Below, piece by piece: positions 19,501 to 27,784 of a stretch of 64,000 nt of DNA. Every line of letters starts with the position of its first letter. The first letter of the stretch is position 1. The translations under genes were made by a program, and so were the position numbers. The DNA lies in assembly GCA_946611605.1 (NCBI GenBank), contig CAMODU010000001.1, positions 170-64,169 on the forward strand. The letters are read 5' to 3'. The notes beneath the pieces were generated by a model, which had not been told where the DNA came from, did not search any database, and was given only the letters and a program-made list of their open reading frames with translations. This DNA comes from an uncultured bacterium (GTDB taxonomy: Bacteria; Bacillota_I; Bacilli_A; RF39; UBA660).

Positions 19501-21290
19501 ATATATAAACCAGCAGTAACAAAATCATCATTTACTACTCTAGTAGTTTCACAATCTAAATGATATTGAGATGTATCTAATTGATACATATTATTATTAC
19601 TGTAATAATAATATGTTTCCCCAGGAACAAATTGTTCATCATCTTCTATTTCTTCATAGTAAGGGCATCCATTACGAGAATTACAATATCTAGAAGTTGT
19701 ATAAGTATATCTACCATTACTTTGTCGATAATATCCAGTATAGTATGAATATCTAGGAGCAACTTGATAAGTATAATATCCTTGCATTGAAGGTCCAGTA
19801 CAATCAGTTCTAGTTGTTTCTACTCTCTTTAATCCAGGACTATCAAATTGATCAAATGCATAATCCCAATTATTTCCAGATAAGCCATATTCATTTGCAT
19901 CAATCCAACTAGCATGGAAGTTTACTGCAACGGGATCATATTCACCATTTTCATTAGGTGCTACATTGAATTCAGCAAATCTTTCATATCTAATTCTATC
20001 AATTGATATAGTAACACCAGTTACATCACTTATCCAGTTATTAAATCCTTTACCATTAGGTCTATTAGTAAATGGATTATCTACAAGTAATAATTTAACC
20101 TTACCATTTTCTACAGGTACATAATGATAATAAACTATCTTATTATAATTTTCAGTAGATGAAACAGTACCAGTTAATGTAGTTCCATTATTTTGTTCTA
20201 TACCTGAATAAGATACCATAACTTTTATTAAGTTATGTGAATTATACTTATTCTTATTTTCCATAGTTGGTAATTTACTAATATCTGATGAAGCATAGTT
20301 ATAACCAGTATAATAATTTAAATCATTAACTAAATCATTAACATATAATGTTGTACCATCAGAACCAGTAGAATGTTCACTATAATCACCAGATATAATA
20401 GTTGGTTCATATGGATTTTCCTCATCTTGTAATGAGAACTCACCATTGTTAATGAATATCTTATATTGTCCATTACCCATTCTATCTAATATAGTTGGAT
20501 CATCTAAGACTAATGTATTACCTTCTACTTTATACTTATTAACTTGTAAGTCTGCTGGTTTTTGAACGAAGTCATCCCATTCAGCATATCTAGTAATAAT
20601 ATTTTCATATATATCAGTTCCTGTAGCATAAGCTACATTATAAGTATTATTAGCAGTACAATTATCTTTAAAGTTATTCATTAATACAATATTCTTAAAT
20701 GTTGAATTAACAGATGAATAAGTAATACCACCAAATAAATTGTTTTCATCTGATTTATATATGTTTTGTTTAATAATAACTGTATCAACAACTGTATTAC
20801 CAATTGTTCTAGATAAGAAACCACCTTGATAATCATTTAAATAATAATCTATATCATCATATTCAACATTCTTAATAGTTGCATTAGCTAAGTTATAAAA
20901 TAATCCATTAGTAACTGATGCATTATACAATGCATGACCTTGTCCATCAAATACACCTTGGAATGTAGTCCAGTTACCAATACTGATATCATGACCACCA
21001 AAGTTTAAATCAGCAGTAACAACATAATACTTATTAACATATATCCATGAATCATATCCTTCAAGTAATTCTTTCATGTACATGTATTCACCAGGAGTGG
21101 ATATTTCATAAGGAGATTCTTCAGTACCAGTTCCTGATTTAAAAGATGTAGCAACTACTCCATCCCATGCAGAAGAAGTAGTCTTTCTAGAATATGAGAT
21201 ACTTAAAATCCATAGTGATCCTACGGCTAAAATTAACAGCAATAACACTAGTATTTTCTTAGATTTAATCCCGTTCACTAAATCTTTCAT
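13521..21290 (-). CDS. giant (2589 aa) secreted/surface protein with central Gly-rich parallel beta-helix-type repeats (Pmp/autotransporter-passenger-like), putative adhesin or fibre protein
   Basis: N-terminal K-rich/hydrophobic signal ending ...LWILSISYSRKT. About 25-30 tandem ~21-aa repeats of the form xIYGG(G/S)NxxGxVxxTxInI. Asn/Thr/Tyr-rich flanking domains. Confidence 0.7.
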   Translation of the reverse strand: MKDLVNGIKSKKILVLLLLILAVGSLWILSISYSRKTTSSAWDGVVATSFKSGTGTEESPYEISTPGEYMYMKELLEGYDSWIYVNKYYVVTADLNFGGHDISIGNWTTFQGVFDGQGHALYNASVTNGLFYNLANATIKNVEYDDIDYYLNDYQGGFLSRTIGNTVVDTVIIKQNIYKSDENNLFGGITYSSVNSTFKNIVLMNNFKDNCTANNTYNVAYATGTDIYENIITRYAEWDDFVQKPADLQVNKYKVEGNTLVLDDPTILDRMGNGQYKIFINNGEFSLQDEENPYEPTIISGDYSEHSTGSDGTTLYVNDLVNDLNYYTGYNYASSDISKLPTMENKNKYNSHNLIKVMVSYSGIEQNNGTTLTGTVSSTENYNKIVYYHYVPVENGKVKLLLVDNPFTNRPNGKGFNNWISDVTGVTISIDRIRYERFAEFNVAPNENGEYDPVAVNFHASWIDANEYGLSGNNWDYAFDQFDSPGLKRVETTRTDCTGPSMQGYYTYQVAPRYSYYTGYYRQSNGRYTYTTSRYCNSRNGCPYYEEIEDDEQFVPGETYYYYSNNNMYQLDTSQYHLDCETTRVVNDDFVTAGLYMERDFDRGTSYAGYYDLSGNQVSGTCNQAKCTYYELLQSYDENGNRPVVDFGREYYYLVTRDTNIAYLTGDITSYWDSGNNKPFTLTGLHNGRQTTYDWSVTSNNITLYNDTTIEHLTIYNSKQFNTVDPQTSASSGGWFGSTTYYATLNANWHNLKLGRGIKQYNTNNATFDYIWGGSSSTGSSSSSTKYNMIIESGHFSSTALTLPYNTSASIYVANKTTFGSDIDKILDPDNNNLSVYYEAASSFSGTVRSTEECATDLTVKSGKFGTSQADMYTGIYVGGLTGGTHYAARKIKMEGGWVNNMIGGPLTDSSRASYNDTYIYMTGGNVDVIIGGAGRSPTYGNRIISVTGGKVNYGVLGGSNGSGSDANDGDGTVNGSSYIYIGGNATIGDDTLVSNNTKMWGIASGSVFGNGNGKSGYSGIGSNDNSYLIIDGNADIKGSVYGGGNYGATGVSSSSNTTETIINILGGTIRQDVYGGGNQNGAGTNNKSATVTINQTGGTVLGNIFGGSNVSGTIYGSTNLNIKDGTINTNVYGGGKGQNTFIAKDTNVVVGQEEILNVPTIKGNVYGGSGYGTVNGTTTNQSTAGGNTKVIVHNGIVTGSVFGGGEGSNQYTPYVLGNIEVDINGGNVTNVYGGNDLAGSHSKDNNIYLNGGTITNVFGGGNSSGVTNTHVYANGSNVTNIYGGSNNSGNVTSTTLLINAGTIGSIFGGNNKGGTCNTSNITVEGTASIGDIYGGGNEVNTATSNVSIKTHTGKINNVYGGGNSASVTTVNLDIVTGEYGNIFGGSNSSGTVNTSTINVTTGTIDNIFGGNNAGGNTITSTINYNGGRTNTIYGGGNQANSGNTTLNINNGEIGTIFGGGNSAGLDQSHVYINGGNINNIYGGSNNTGTVPSTQIEINTDGRIYKVYGGGNNADVGNTNITLTKGTITDIYGGANYASVNEDTHVDINGGTITGNIYGGGNYGVVYGNTHVNVTDVTIGGSAYAGGNGNSATVQGNTHIVVDGNTIVGTPESITPASGCVFGGGNKAFTGTELGNSTSTVDIVGGTIYGNVYGGANTSVINGNALVNIGANNLSSMDGLTKSPIYIKGHIFGGGEANAAGSEIYDWYFISVTEGTEINIDATDYDSYKIDGSFYGGGNASTSAGDSCLNIKNYGSRDNPQKNISIQRVTYATIENSSMILTGAMDRANDYDKELFAISRVPLLTLKDNSDLYLEAGANLLEVYRSVDKDDNLATVQIEDGNVTRNVDNRIYMYEGKNLNIARDQQVTDYGDVQGMSFFGMYNYDGNGHVHTGIYSHTVNNGDHVSYAETFDRGSYVLGKHQTNHDIRVNGFYSNYMDEDTLINEVKYIEPTPESSNFYMWFIGENVIEYNVNLVASKYSTLGSTELSFLEFSAPNTSFQILNSNANDVADGISLVDKDQIPRIGEGTENNVFGLSMEASNSGWLTKGKTSFYTGEPSMSGQDYYVGENSSNVPTMLFYLYHSKNISEEKELGTVRISIMAITKESALESKVRRLVINVNMSTALFQTDEYEGAMTPGDKYELFASTTTNISAKSKFSAYYSIYSENNNLYKEGYHRVLSSNIVFPTNTKITMIDYTNDEPYYYYYIVTPDEEARATNELRIHHEASYPLSNFTRMGTDDTSQKYNDEYMNSIYYDGRDSSEEFIFIVDLSDANITTDKMNSRLLIELRDDQDETLVTVLGIEHNQLTYNIYANKDSIINGVATSKNNTLYIGYNDNMDVTIDYHNSSDSGTAVIDTQYFDSKLGLQIHLETEDGHIVSGTDLTGCYFQMDGVKYYSDIDGITHMSIAEKVGNVKKWITFNTENSNLPSGDYKFVFEAFGSPDGIYFSDTSYTFEMNKTIINSKYGINPTISDNSVIFNGTNNDKSLNFNIKYNSLLSNPNTRIQMYRRTYDDYYDTDYVEVDLQDFIDQELTPSENNHEYILSGRPVASIDYSFKMKETMTTGTYRLVFKLYDNSTFIGDVTRYIIIK
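16050..18600 (-). repeat. intragenic tandem repeat array (DNA period ~63-66 bp) encoding the Gly-rich beta-helix rungs
   Basis: Recurrent ACCACCACCATA / ATATCC...ACC words on the plus strand. Boundaries are approximate. Confidence 0.5.
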
Positions 21291-21371
21291 ACCTATGCTC
21301 CCATTTTCTATTATACCTATAATTATTTTACCATAAAACGATATAAAAAGTCTTTAATAATCGCATAAAAA

Positions 21372-21393
21372 AAGAAGATATTTCTATCTTCTT
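21372..21393. terminator. rho-independent terminator separating the fibre locus from the giant gene
   Basis: AAGAAGAT-atttct-ATCTTCTT preceded by A7 (T7 on minus) and followed by TTTTAT on plus. Confidence 0.55.
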
Positions 21394-21404
21394 TTTATAA
21401 TCTA

Positions 21405-22406
21405 TTAGTCAGTTATAGCAAATTGTAAATTATAAGAAATACTAGCTCCTGTTGCATAGTTTTCACAATCGATATCTTGTCCTTCAACCCACATGTAAAT
21501 TCTCATCTTAGTTACACCTGCAGAAAGACTAAATACTTGTTTATAATCTTCAACTTTATTACCATCAGCATCTAATTCAGTACCAAATGCGGCTAATGTA
21601 GCTAAATCTGGAGTAACTAATTCTGAATTATCAGTATTAGTACCATTAACTGTTTCAATTAATGATTGAGGAGTAGTAAATGCTCCATTAATACCATAAT
21701 AAGGAGTCTTATCATTAGCAACTAATGATACACCATATGTTGATGATAATTGATTCTTAACTGTATCAGCATGTGCATCAGCATTTGGTTCCCAAATGAA
21801 TGCTTTAGCAGCAGCAGAATTGTTTAATTTAATTAACTCACCTGGAGCTTTAGATGCATCTCCAGTACCAATTTCAACAAATGCTACACGAGCAGAGTTT
21901 TGTAATCCCTTATCAGTATCTTTATTAACTACTGATGAGTTTTGAGTTAAATAAATTTGTTCATCTTTATCAACTTTTAAGAATACATCAAATGCTACAA
22001 ACTTACCATTTGCAGATGTAGTTGATGCTTCATTTTCTTTATTAGTGAAAATAGTATAATTACCTTCATCATCGTTTCCGATTACTCCACTATACATATC
22101 CATTAAATGGTTAGTAATAGCACCATTTGTAGATACAGCAGTAACTGTTGCAGGTAATATGTTATTAGCACCAGCATAACCAGATGTAATATCATCATTA
22201 GTTATAACAGTCTTCCATGTACTTGCATCAGTAGATATTTGTAATCCGTTACTAGCTTCTACTTTAACATCAATTTGATTGATTGTTACTACACGGTTAG
22301 CAGTAAACCATGCATATGTTGATGTACCTAACATTACTACAGTAATAAGTAATAATAGGATCAACAAACTTAATTTCTTTTTGTTTTTCTTTTGTTTCTT
22401 TGCCAT
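21405..22406 (-). CDS. TasA/CalY (camelysin, peptidase M73)-like secreted protein with SipW-cognate-type signal
   Basis: N-terminus MAKKQKKNKKK + hydrophobic + GTSTYAWFTAN, compared to TasA GGGTWAAFND. C-terminal ...RIYMWVEGQD...ISYNLQFAITD resembles the CalY/TasA terminal strands. GAAGGAGA RBS. Confidence 0.55.
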   Translation of the reverse strand: MAKKQKKNKKKLSLLILLLLITVVMLGTSTYAWFTANRVVTINQIDVKVEASNGLQISTDASTWKTVITNDDITSGYAGANNILPATVTAVSTNGAITNHLMDMYSGVIGNDDEGNYTIFTNKENEASTTSANGKFVAFDVFLKVDKDEQIYLTQNSSVVNKDTDKGLQNSARVAFVEIGTGDASKAPGELIKLNNSAAAKAFIWEPNADAHADTVKNQLSSTYGVSLVANDKTPYYGINGAFTTPQSLIETVNGTNTDNSELVTPDLATLAAFGTELDADGNKVEDYKQVFSLSAGVTKMRIYMWVEGQDIDCENYATGASISYNLQFAITD

Positions 22407-22408
22407 AA

Positions 22409-23131
22409 TTATTCTCCTTCTTGTTCAATATGTTCTTCTGTAATTTTCATACGCATTTTTAATTCTCCACCAATAAGTGGATCAGTACAGTCAGGATCAT
22501 CACCCTCAAGCCATACTACAATAGTCATCTTATCAAAATCACCTGGTCTGAAATTTTCTCTTTTCTCTAAGATAATAGTTCCGTTATCTCCATCGATTTC
22601 TTTGAATCTAGTAGTTCCAGGTTCTGCTTCATCTGCTATTGAATTCTTTTTAGCATATGTTACATACTCGCCATTAAGATATATTCTGAATCTAACAGCT
22701 TCATCAACATTCTTAATAACGTCATCGATTATTACTTCGTACCAATAATTTAATACGTCTTTCCCCTGATTCTCAATGAAGAAAGTATAAGCAATATAGT
22801 TTTCTCCATTATGAGAGCCTTCATAGTTTCCATCTATATCATCAGGTAACCATTTATAGGAAATATTATCCATAAATTTAATTGGTATTGCTTCGAGTTT
22901 CCTTTTAGGTTGAGAATTATTTAAGCTATCAAATATAGCAAGCCCACTATTAATTGTTTCTTGAGAATCCAATGTAATAGTAAAACTACCTTGACTATAA
23001 GCAATGCTTAATATTCCGTAAAGACATATCAAAAACAGCAATAACACTAATGATGTAATCTTTACTACTCTAGAAGTAACTTTCTTCCTTTTGACTTTAT
23101 CAGCGGTTACTATTACATTTTTACCAAACAT
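22409..23131 (-). CDS. TasA-like paralog (start trimmed to MFGKN...)
   Basis: GGTGGTGGA RBS before ATG 23131. KRKK + hydrophobic + GILSIAYSQGSF. C-terminal TIVVWLEGDDPD motif. Confidence 0.45.
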   Translation of the reverse strand: MFGKNVIVTADKVKRKKVTSRVVKITSLVLLLFLICLYGILSIAYSQGSFTITLDSQETINSGLAIFDSLNNSQPKRKLEAIPIKFMDNISYKWLPDDIDGNYEGSHNGENYIAYTFFIENQGKDVLNYWYEVIIDDVIKNVDEAVRFRIYLNGEYVTYAKKNSIADEAEPGTTRFKEIDGDNGTIILEKRENFRPGDFDKMTIVVWLEGDDPDCTDPLIGGELKMRMKITEEHIEQEGE

Positions 23132-23349
23132 AATCCACCACCACAAAATATTTCTATATGACACCCTTCTATCATACAATCTCATTATAATTCAAACACA
23201 GATTTTTATCAATATCAATTTATAATAATTATTCCTTTTTACGATACTAGTCAGTATATATTTACGTCAAATACAATATACTTTATATTATATTTACATT
23301 ATATGGTTTTTAGCATGATAAAATAATAGTATAGGAAGGGATGTATATT

Positions 23350-23946
23350 ATGAGTAATATACTAAATAATAAGCGTATTAATCTATTTATAGCACTTATA
23401 TCATTGCTATTACTCATTACAATGGTACAAAATACATATGCTAAATATGTATCTAGTGCTAATGCAGATACTAACTTCACAATAGCAACATGGGCATTCG
23501 TAATCAATAGACAAGATGTATTAAGTAATTCCAACTTTAGTAATACTATTACACCAGTATTTATCAACAATGATAATATTAAACAAGGTGTTATAGCTCC
23601 TACTTCAGAAGGATATTTTGATTTAGCAATTGATGCTTCTGGAACTGATGTATCATTTACTGAAACTATAACAGTTGCTAATTCAGTAAATAATAAAATA
23701 AGTGATTTAAAGATAACTGGATATCAAATAAATGGTGGAGATTTAGTTGAATTCACTGAAACAACAAATACCATTACTACAGATCATTTATTAAGCGATC
23801 ATACAAGAACAACTACATATCGTATATTTATTAAATGGTATGATGGCGAAGGCGAAAACATGGATAACCAAGCCGATACTCAAGCATCACTTAATGATAC
23901 TGCTAAAGTAAACGTTAATGTCGGGTTCATACAAAAAGCTAATTAG
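23350..23946 (+). CDS. TasA-like paralog (only plus-strand member)
   Basis: GGAAGGG RBS. MSNILNNKR + hydrophobic + NTYAKYVSS. C-terminal YRIFIKWYDGEGEN. Confidence 0.45.
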   Translation: MSNILNNKRINLFIALISLLLLITMVQNTYAKYVSSANADTNFTIATWAFVINRQDVLSNSNFSNTITPVFINNDNIKQGVIAPTSEGYFDLAIDASGTDVSFTETITVANSVNNKISDLKITGYQINGGDLVEFTETTNTITTDHLLSDHTRTTTYRIFIKWYDGEGENMDNQADTQASLNDTAKVNVNVGFIQKAN

Positions 23947-23955
23947 TATTACTAA

Positions 23956-24588
23956 TTAGCTATTATTTTGTGTAATTATTACTTTTATTCTTAAAGTTAT
24001 GCTGGATAAATCAGGATGACTTTTTTTATAGTTACTAGCTATTATTCCCCATCTAGTATCTTCCTCATCATCACCAGTTTCAAATGGCCATACAACATTA
24101 AAATTATATGTTGCAATACCATCATGTGAAGATATATTAGTACTAGATATTCCAACTGTAATAGTAAAAGGATAATTATTAGCTAGTTTATTTAATAACT
24201 CAGCTGATGTCATATCTCCTTCTTGCACTTCTTCTTTTCTTGATTCTCTACCCTCAACTGTTATATACGTATCATCAAATATTCTAGCTTCCAACACTTC
24301 ATATGATAATGTAGCATCTACATCACCTTGGTTTCTAGCTTGTAAGCTATATACATAATCTTCCATACCTGGGTATATACTATCAACATCTAGATTAACA
24401 TAATCTTCTACAGCTTGTTCACCTGCTTGGAATAATACATTCCACGCTCTAACATGAACATCAACCTTATTATCTACTTTAGTAGTATATATAAACCATG
24501 CAAAGGTATTACCTACAACTAAGAATAAGATGAATATTAACCTAAGAATTATAAATTTTTTATTTGTCTTCTTTCTTTGGTTCTTCAT
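23956..24588 (-). CDS. TasA-like paralog
   Basis: MKNQRKKTNKK + hydrophobic + GNTFAWFIY. C-terminal FNVVWPFETGDDEED...ITLRIKVIITQ. Confidence 0.5.
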   Translation of the reverse strand: MKNQRKKTNKKFIILRLIFILFLVVGNTFAWFIYTTKVDNKVDVHVRAWNVLFQAGEQAVEDYVNLDVDSIYPGMEDYVYSLQARNQGDVDATLSYEVLEARIFDDTYITVEGRESRKEEVQEGDMTSAELLNKLANNYPFTITVGISSTNISSHDGIATYNFNVVWPFETGDDEEDTRWGIIASNYKKSHPDLSSITLRIKVIITQNNS

Positions 24589-25123
24589 CTTCTTCAGAAT
24601 CCTTTACAAATAATCCTCTTAATAAATCAAACGCAATAGATAAACCTACTATTACAAATATTCCATAGTAGACTGTATTATTTTGCATTAATCTACCTAA
24701 GAAACTTAATATAATTGAATGATATAATACTTTACCATATATCATATCACCAGATATTTTAGGATCTTCTACATCGTTTGCTATACCTTGAGTAGTAAAT
24801 GTATATTTACCATTATTCTCATCTATTTTTATAATTCTATGTGTTATAACTATTCCTTTATTATATCCATTAGGATCACTTTTATAAGTAACATCATCAC
24901 CTACTTTATAAGTAGATACATCTTGTTTCTTAACAACTATTAAATCACCTATTTTATATTCAGGTTCCATTGATCCTGATACTACTTGGAATATATAAAA
25001 ATTACCTATAGTTAAATTGTTTTTAGTAGTTCTTTGTAATATAACAATAGCTAACATAATAATTAATAATATAGTTATAATTATTCTTATTATATTAAAA
25101 GTTTTCATCACTACTTTTTTCAT
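24560..25123 (-). CDS. sipW: signal peptidase I, SipW/ER-type (S26B)
   Basis: TM anchor then VVSGSMEPEYKIGDLIVV (Ser nucleophile), ITHRII (His), ANDVEDP, and a C-terminal TM. Confidence 0.75.
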   Translation of the reverse strand: MKKVVMKTFNIIRIIITILLIIMLAIVILQRTTKNNLTIGNFYIFQVVSGSMEPEYKIGDLIVVKKQDVSTYKVGDDVTYKSDPNGYNKGIVITHRIIKIDENNGKYTFTTQGIANDVEDPKISGDMIYGKVLYHSIILSFLGRLMQNNTVYYGIFVIVGLSIAFDLLRGLFVKDSEEDEEPKKEDK

Positions 25124-25127
25124 AATA

Positions 25128-26246
25128 TCATCCCAAATCTATATTTTCTATTCTCTCTAGATAAGCTTTAATACTAGTTGAGAACACATTTTCAATTTCA
25201 GATAAACTAGCTTCTCTTTTAAATCTAGTAATAGCTATCTTATCTCCTATTTTCTTCTTTAATTGTTCCATATCTAAATCAGTATTTAATTCTACTATTC
25301 TTTGAATTAAGTTATCAGTTATTTCTTCAACTGCTCTATCTTTATCTTCTTTAGATTTAACATTACTTAATGTATTCATAGCAACATAATCCATTAAGAA
25401 AGTATTATTAATATACTCTTTTAAGATACCATTATCTTCATAATCTTTTTTACTCTTAACTATTTTAGTATCATCATCTGTATGAGCTTGTAGATAATCC
25501 CATAGTTTCATTGCATATTGGAAGTTAGTATTCTTTAAGATAACATTAGTCTTTTTAATTGGAGGTATTACTTTAGCTACATGAGCTTTATGTAATAACT
25601 TATATGTTTCCTCAGATTGAAGCATTTTAATGTCATCTTCAAGTCTTTTAACTCTTTCCTCAATAGATAATTCACCTTGTTCTTCTTCTTTATCTATTAA
25701 AGATGAAGTATAGTAAAATTCCATTGAAATTTGTTCTTTACCTACTTTACTCTTAGCATGATATTCAGCCTTCTTTATATCCTTATAACTAGAACCATTT
25801 ACTAATGTTTTCTTTTTTAATTCTACAAAGTTAGCCATATTATTTACTAAAGTATATATTAATCTGTTTTCATATGTATCATATGATTCATCTTTATTAA
25901 TATTTAAGATTTTAGATGGTTTAACATCACCATTATCTTCAATCTTTTGAATCATATTTGTATGTTTAGCTAAATGTCTAATACTTTCAACAGTAACTCT
26001 TCTAGCTAATTCAACTTTAACTATTTCTTCTTCATTTATAATGAATCTATTTGGGTTTCTAAAAATATTATCTATATATTTAACAGTATCTTCCATTAGG
26101 TCAAGCCATTCAAAACTTGTTTCTACTTTCTTTATATCAGTAGAAATGTTTAAACTTGATCTAGTATTATTTAAGAAACTAGTTTTATTAGTTTTATGGT
26201 CATCATAATATAAATCTATTATTTTTAAATCACCCATAGATATCAT
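25128..26246 (-). CDS. hypothetical cytoplasmic protein (372 aa), candidate partner of the McrB-like NTPase
   Basis: Coiled-coil-rich, no TM or signal. No nuclease motif recognisable by eye. 2-nt spacing to the upstream ATPase gene. Confidence 0.4.
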   Translation of the reverse strand: MISMGDLKIIDLYYDDHKTNKTSFLNNTRSSLNISTDIKKVETSFEWLDLMEDTVKYIDNIFRNPNRFIINEEEIVKVELARRVTVESIRHLAKHTNMIQKIEDNGDVKPSKILNINKDESYDTYENRLIYTLVNNMANFVELKKKTLVNGSSYKDIKKAEYHAKSKVGKEQISMEFYYTSSLIDKEEEQGELSIEERVKRLEDDIKMLQSEETYKLLHKAHVAKVIPPIKKTNVILKNTNFQYAMKLWDYLQAHTDDDTKIVKSKKDYEDNGILKEYINNTFLMDYVAMNTLSNVKSKEDKDRAVEEITDNLIQRIVELNTDLDMEQLKKKIGDKIAITRFKREASLSEIENVFSTSIKAYLERIENIDLG

Positions 26247-26247
26247 C

Positions 26248-27771
26248 CTAACTCATTTTCTTAAGTCTTAATAAATATTCAGTACATTCTTTCATTTTTC
26301 CTTTACCAAATTTATTATCTAGGAATTTAACGAAATCATCTATTTCATCACGAATGTATGCAATATTTAATTGTTCAAACTTTCTTAAAATCTTTCTTGC
26401 AATGAAGTAATCTATTCCATCTACTTCATCTCCACCACATGCTACATACACAGGAACGAACTTTTTCATGTGTGCAACAATACGGTTACCAAATGCAATA
26501 CGGAAATGTTGTATTACATAGTTATCCATTTCTTCTATCTTGTCTAAATTCTCTTGATGTATAGGATAATTAGCTATAGCATCTTGAATCTTTTCATCAA
26601 AATAAGAATAGTTAATATCCATCGCTTCTGTTTCAACAGGCTCAAATACTTCACCTTTATCATTTATATCAATTGGCATAGCACGGTCATATACCTTATC
26701 AGTAACCATGAATGTTGAGTCATCGTTATTGATTGTGCCGATGTACCATACATTTGGAGGTATTTTTAATTTACCTTCAATTAATTTCTTTGGATCGTTC
26801 TTCCATGCAGATGGAACTATTTCAACAATCCATTCATCTTTATTAGGCATTTCAAGTATAGATAGCATTTCTGCAAAATAGTATTCTACACGTGAAATGT
26901 TCATTTCATCTAAGATAACTGTATATATATCATCTGTATATCCAGCTACATATAATTCTTTTAATACTTCTGTTTCATTAAACTTCTTTGTAAATTCGTT
27001 GAAGTATCCAAATAACTCAGTTCTATCACGCCAAGATGGTTGAACAGACGCAATACATGAATCATGTTTTAAGAATTTTCCCCAAGCATATGCTAAGGAA
27101 GTTTTACCTGTACCAGAGATACCTTGTAAGATTACAAGTTTAGTAGATGCTAACGATGCAATAAATAATCTAATCATATCTTCTTTATAATATAGTTTTA
27201 ATTTACTTGCAGCAAAGTTTCTAAATGCATTAACTAAATCAGGTAATTCAAATGTATTGTTATATACTTGTACTTTATAATTTTCAAATTTTTGATCAAC
27301 TTCATATAATTTAGGGAATCTTATATCAGATGCAGGATTAACAGCATCCCCTTCTTCTTGAGTAGTATCTCCTTCAGCTTCATCAGGTTTTATACCTAGA
27401 TTAGATACTTTCATTGCTAATATATCTTCTTTTTCTTTCATTAGTTTTGCAACTTCATGATTTAAATCAGATACTTCTTCTAGTAATGATTCTTGATCTA
27501 CTAATGATTTTCTAAATCTAACATATTTTCTAATTAGTAGATAAATACCAAATATAATTAAAGCAACTACTGTAACAACTATAATAATTGCTATTGCAAA
27601 GAATAACCATTCAGGTCCATTAAAATCTTGCTTATAATTATCCGCTATTCTTGAGTACGCTGAAAAATCAAATAGAGTTCTAAATCCATTTGCTATACCC
27701 TCAAATATATATTTGAAAGAGTTAAAAAATTGAGTTAAGAATTCATATAGAAATCTAAAAAATGTTTCCAT
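26248..27771 (-). CDS. membrane-anchored McrB-like (AAA_5) NTPase
   Basis: One N-terminal TM helix (WLFFAIAIIIVVTVVALIIFGIYLLI) and a coiled coil. Walker A QGISGTGKTS. Walker B VILDEMNISRVEYYFAEMLSILE parallels the McrB IIDEINRANLSKVFGEVMMLME block (recalled from memory). GGAAGGAAG RBS. Confidence 0.55.
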   Translation of the reverse strand: METFFRFLYEFLTQFFNSFKYIFEGIANGFRTLFDFSAYSRIADNYKQDFNGPEWLFFAIAIIIVVTVVALIIFGIYLLIRKYVRFRKSLVDQESLLEEVSDLNHEVAKLMKEKEDILAMKVSNLGIKPDEAEGDTTQEEGDAVNPASDIRFPKLYEVDQKFENYKVQVYNNTFELPDLVNAFRNFAASKLKLYYKEDMIRLFIASLASTKLVILQGISGTGKTSLAYAWGKFLKHDSCIASVQPSWRDRTELFGYFNEFTKKFNETEVLKELYVAGYTDDIYTVILDEMNISRVEYYFAEMLSILEMPNKDEWIVEIVPSAWKNDPKKLIEGKLKIPPNVWYIGTINNDDSTFMVTDKVYDRAMPIDINDKGEVFEPVETEAMDINYSYFDEKIQDAIANYPIHQENLDKIEEMDNYVIQHFRIAFGNRIVAHMKKFVPVYVACGGDEVDGIDYFIARKILRKFEQLNIAYIRDEIDDFVKFLDNKFGKGKMKECTEYLLRLKKMS

Positions 27772-27784
27772 ATAATCTTCCTTC

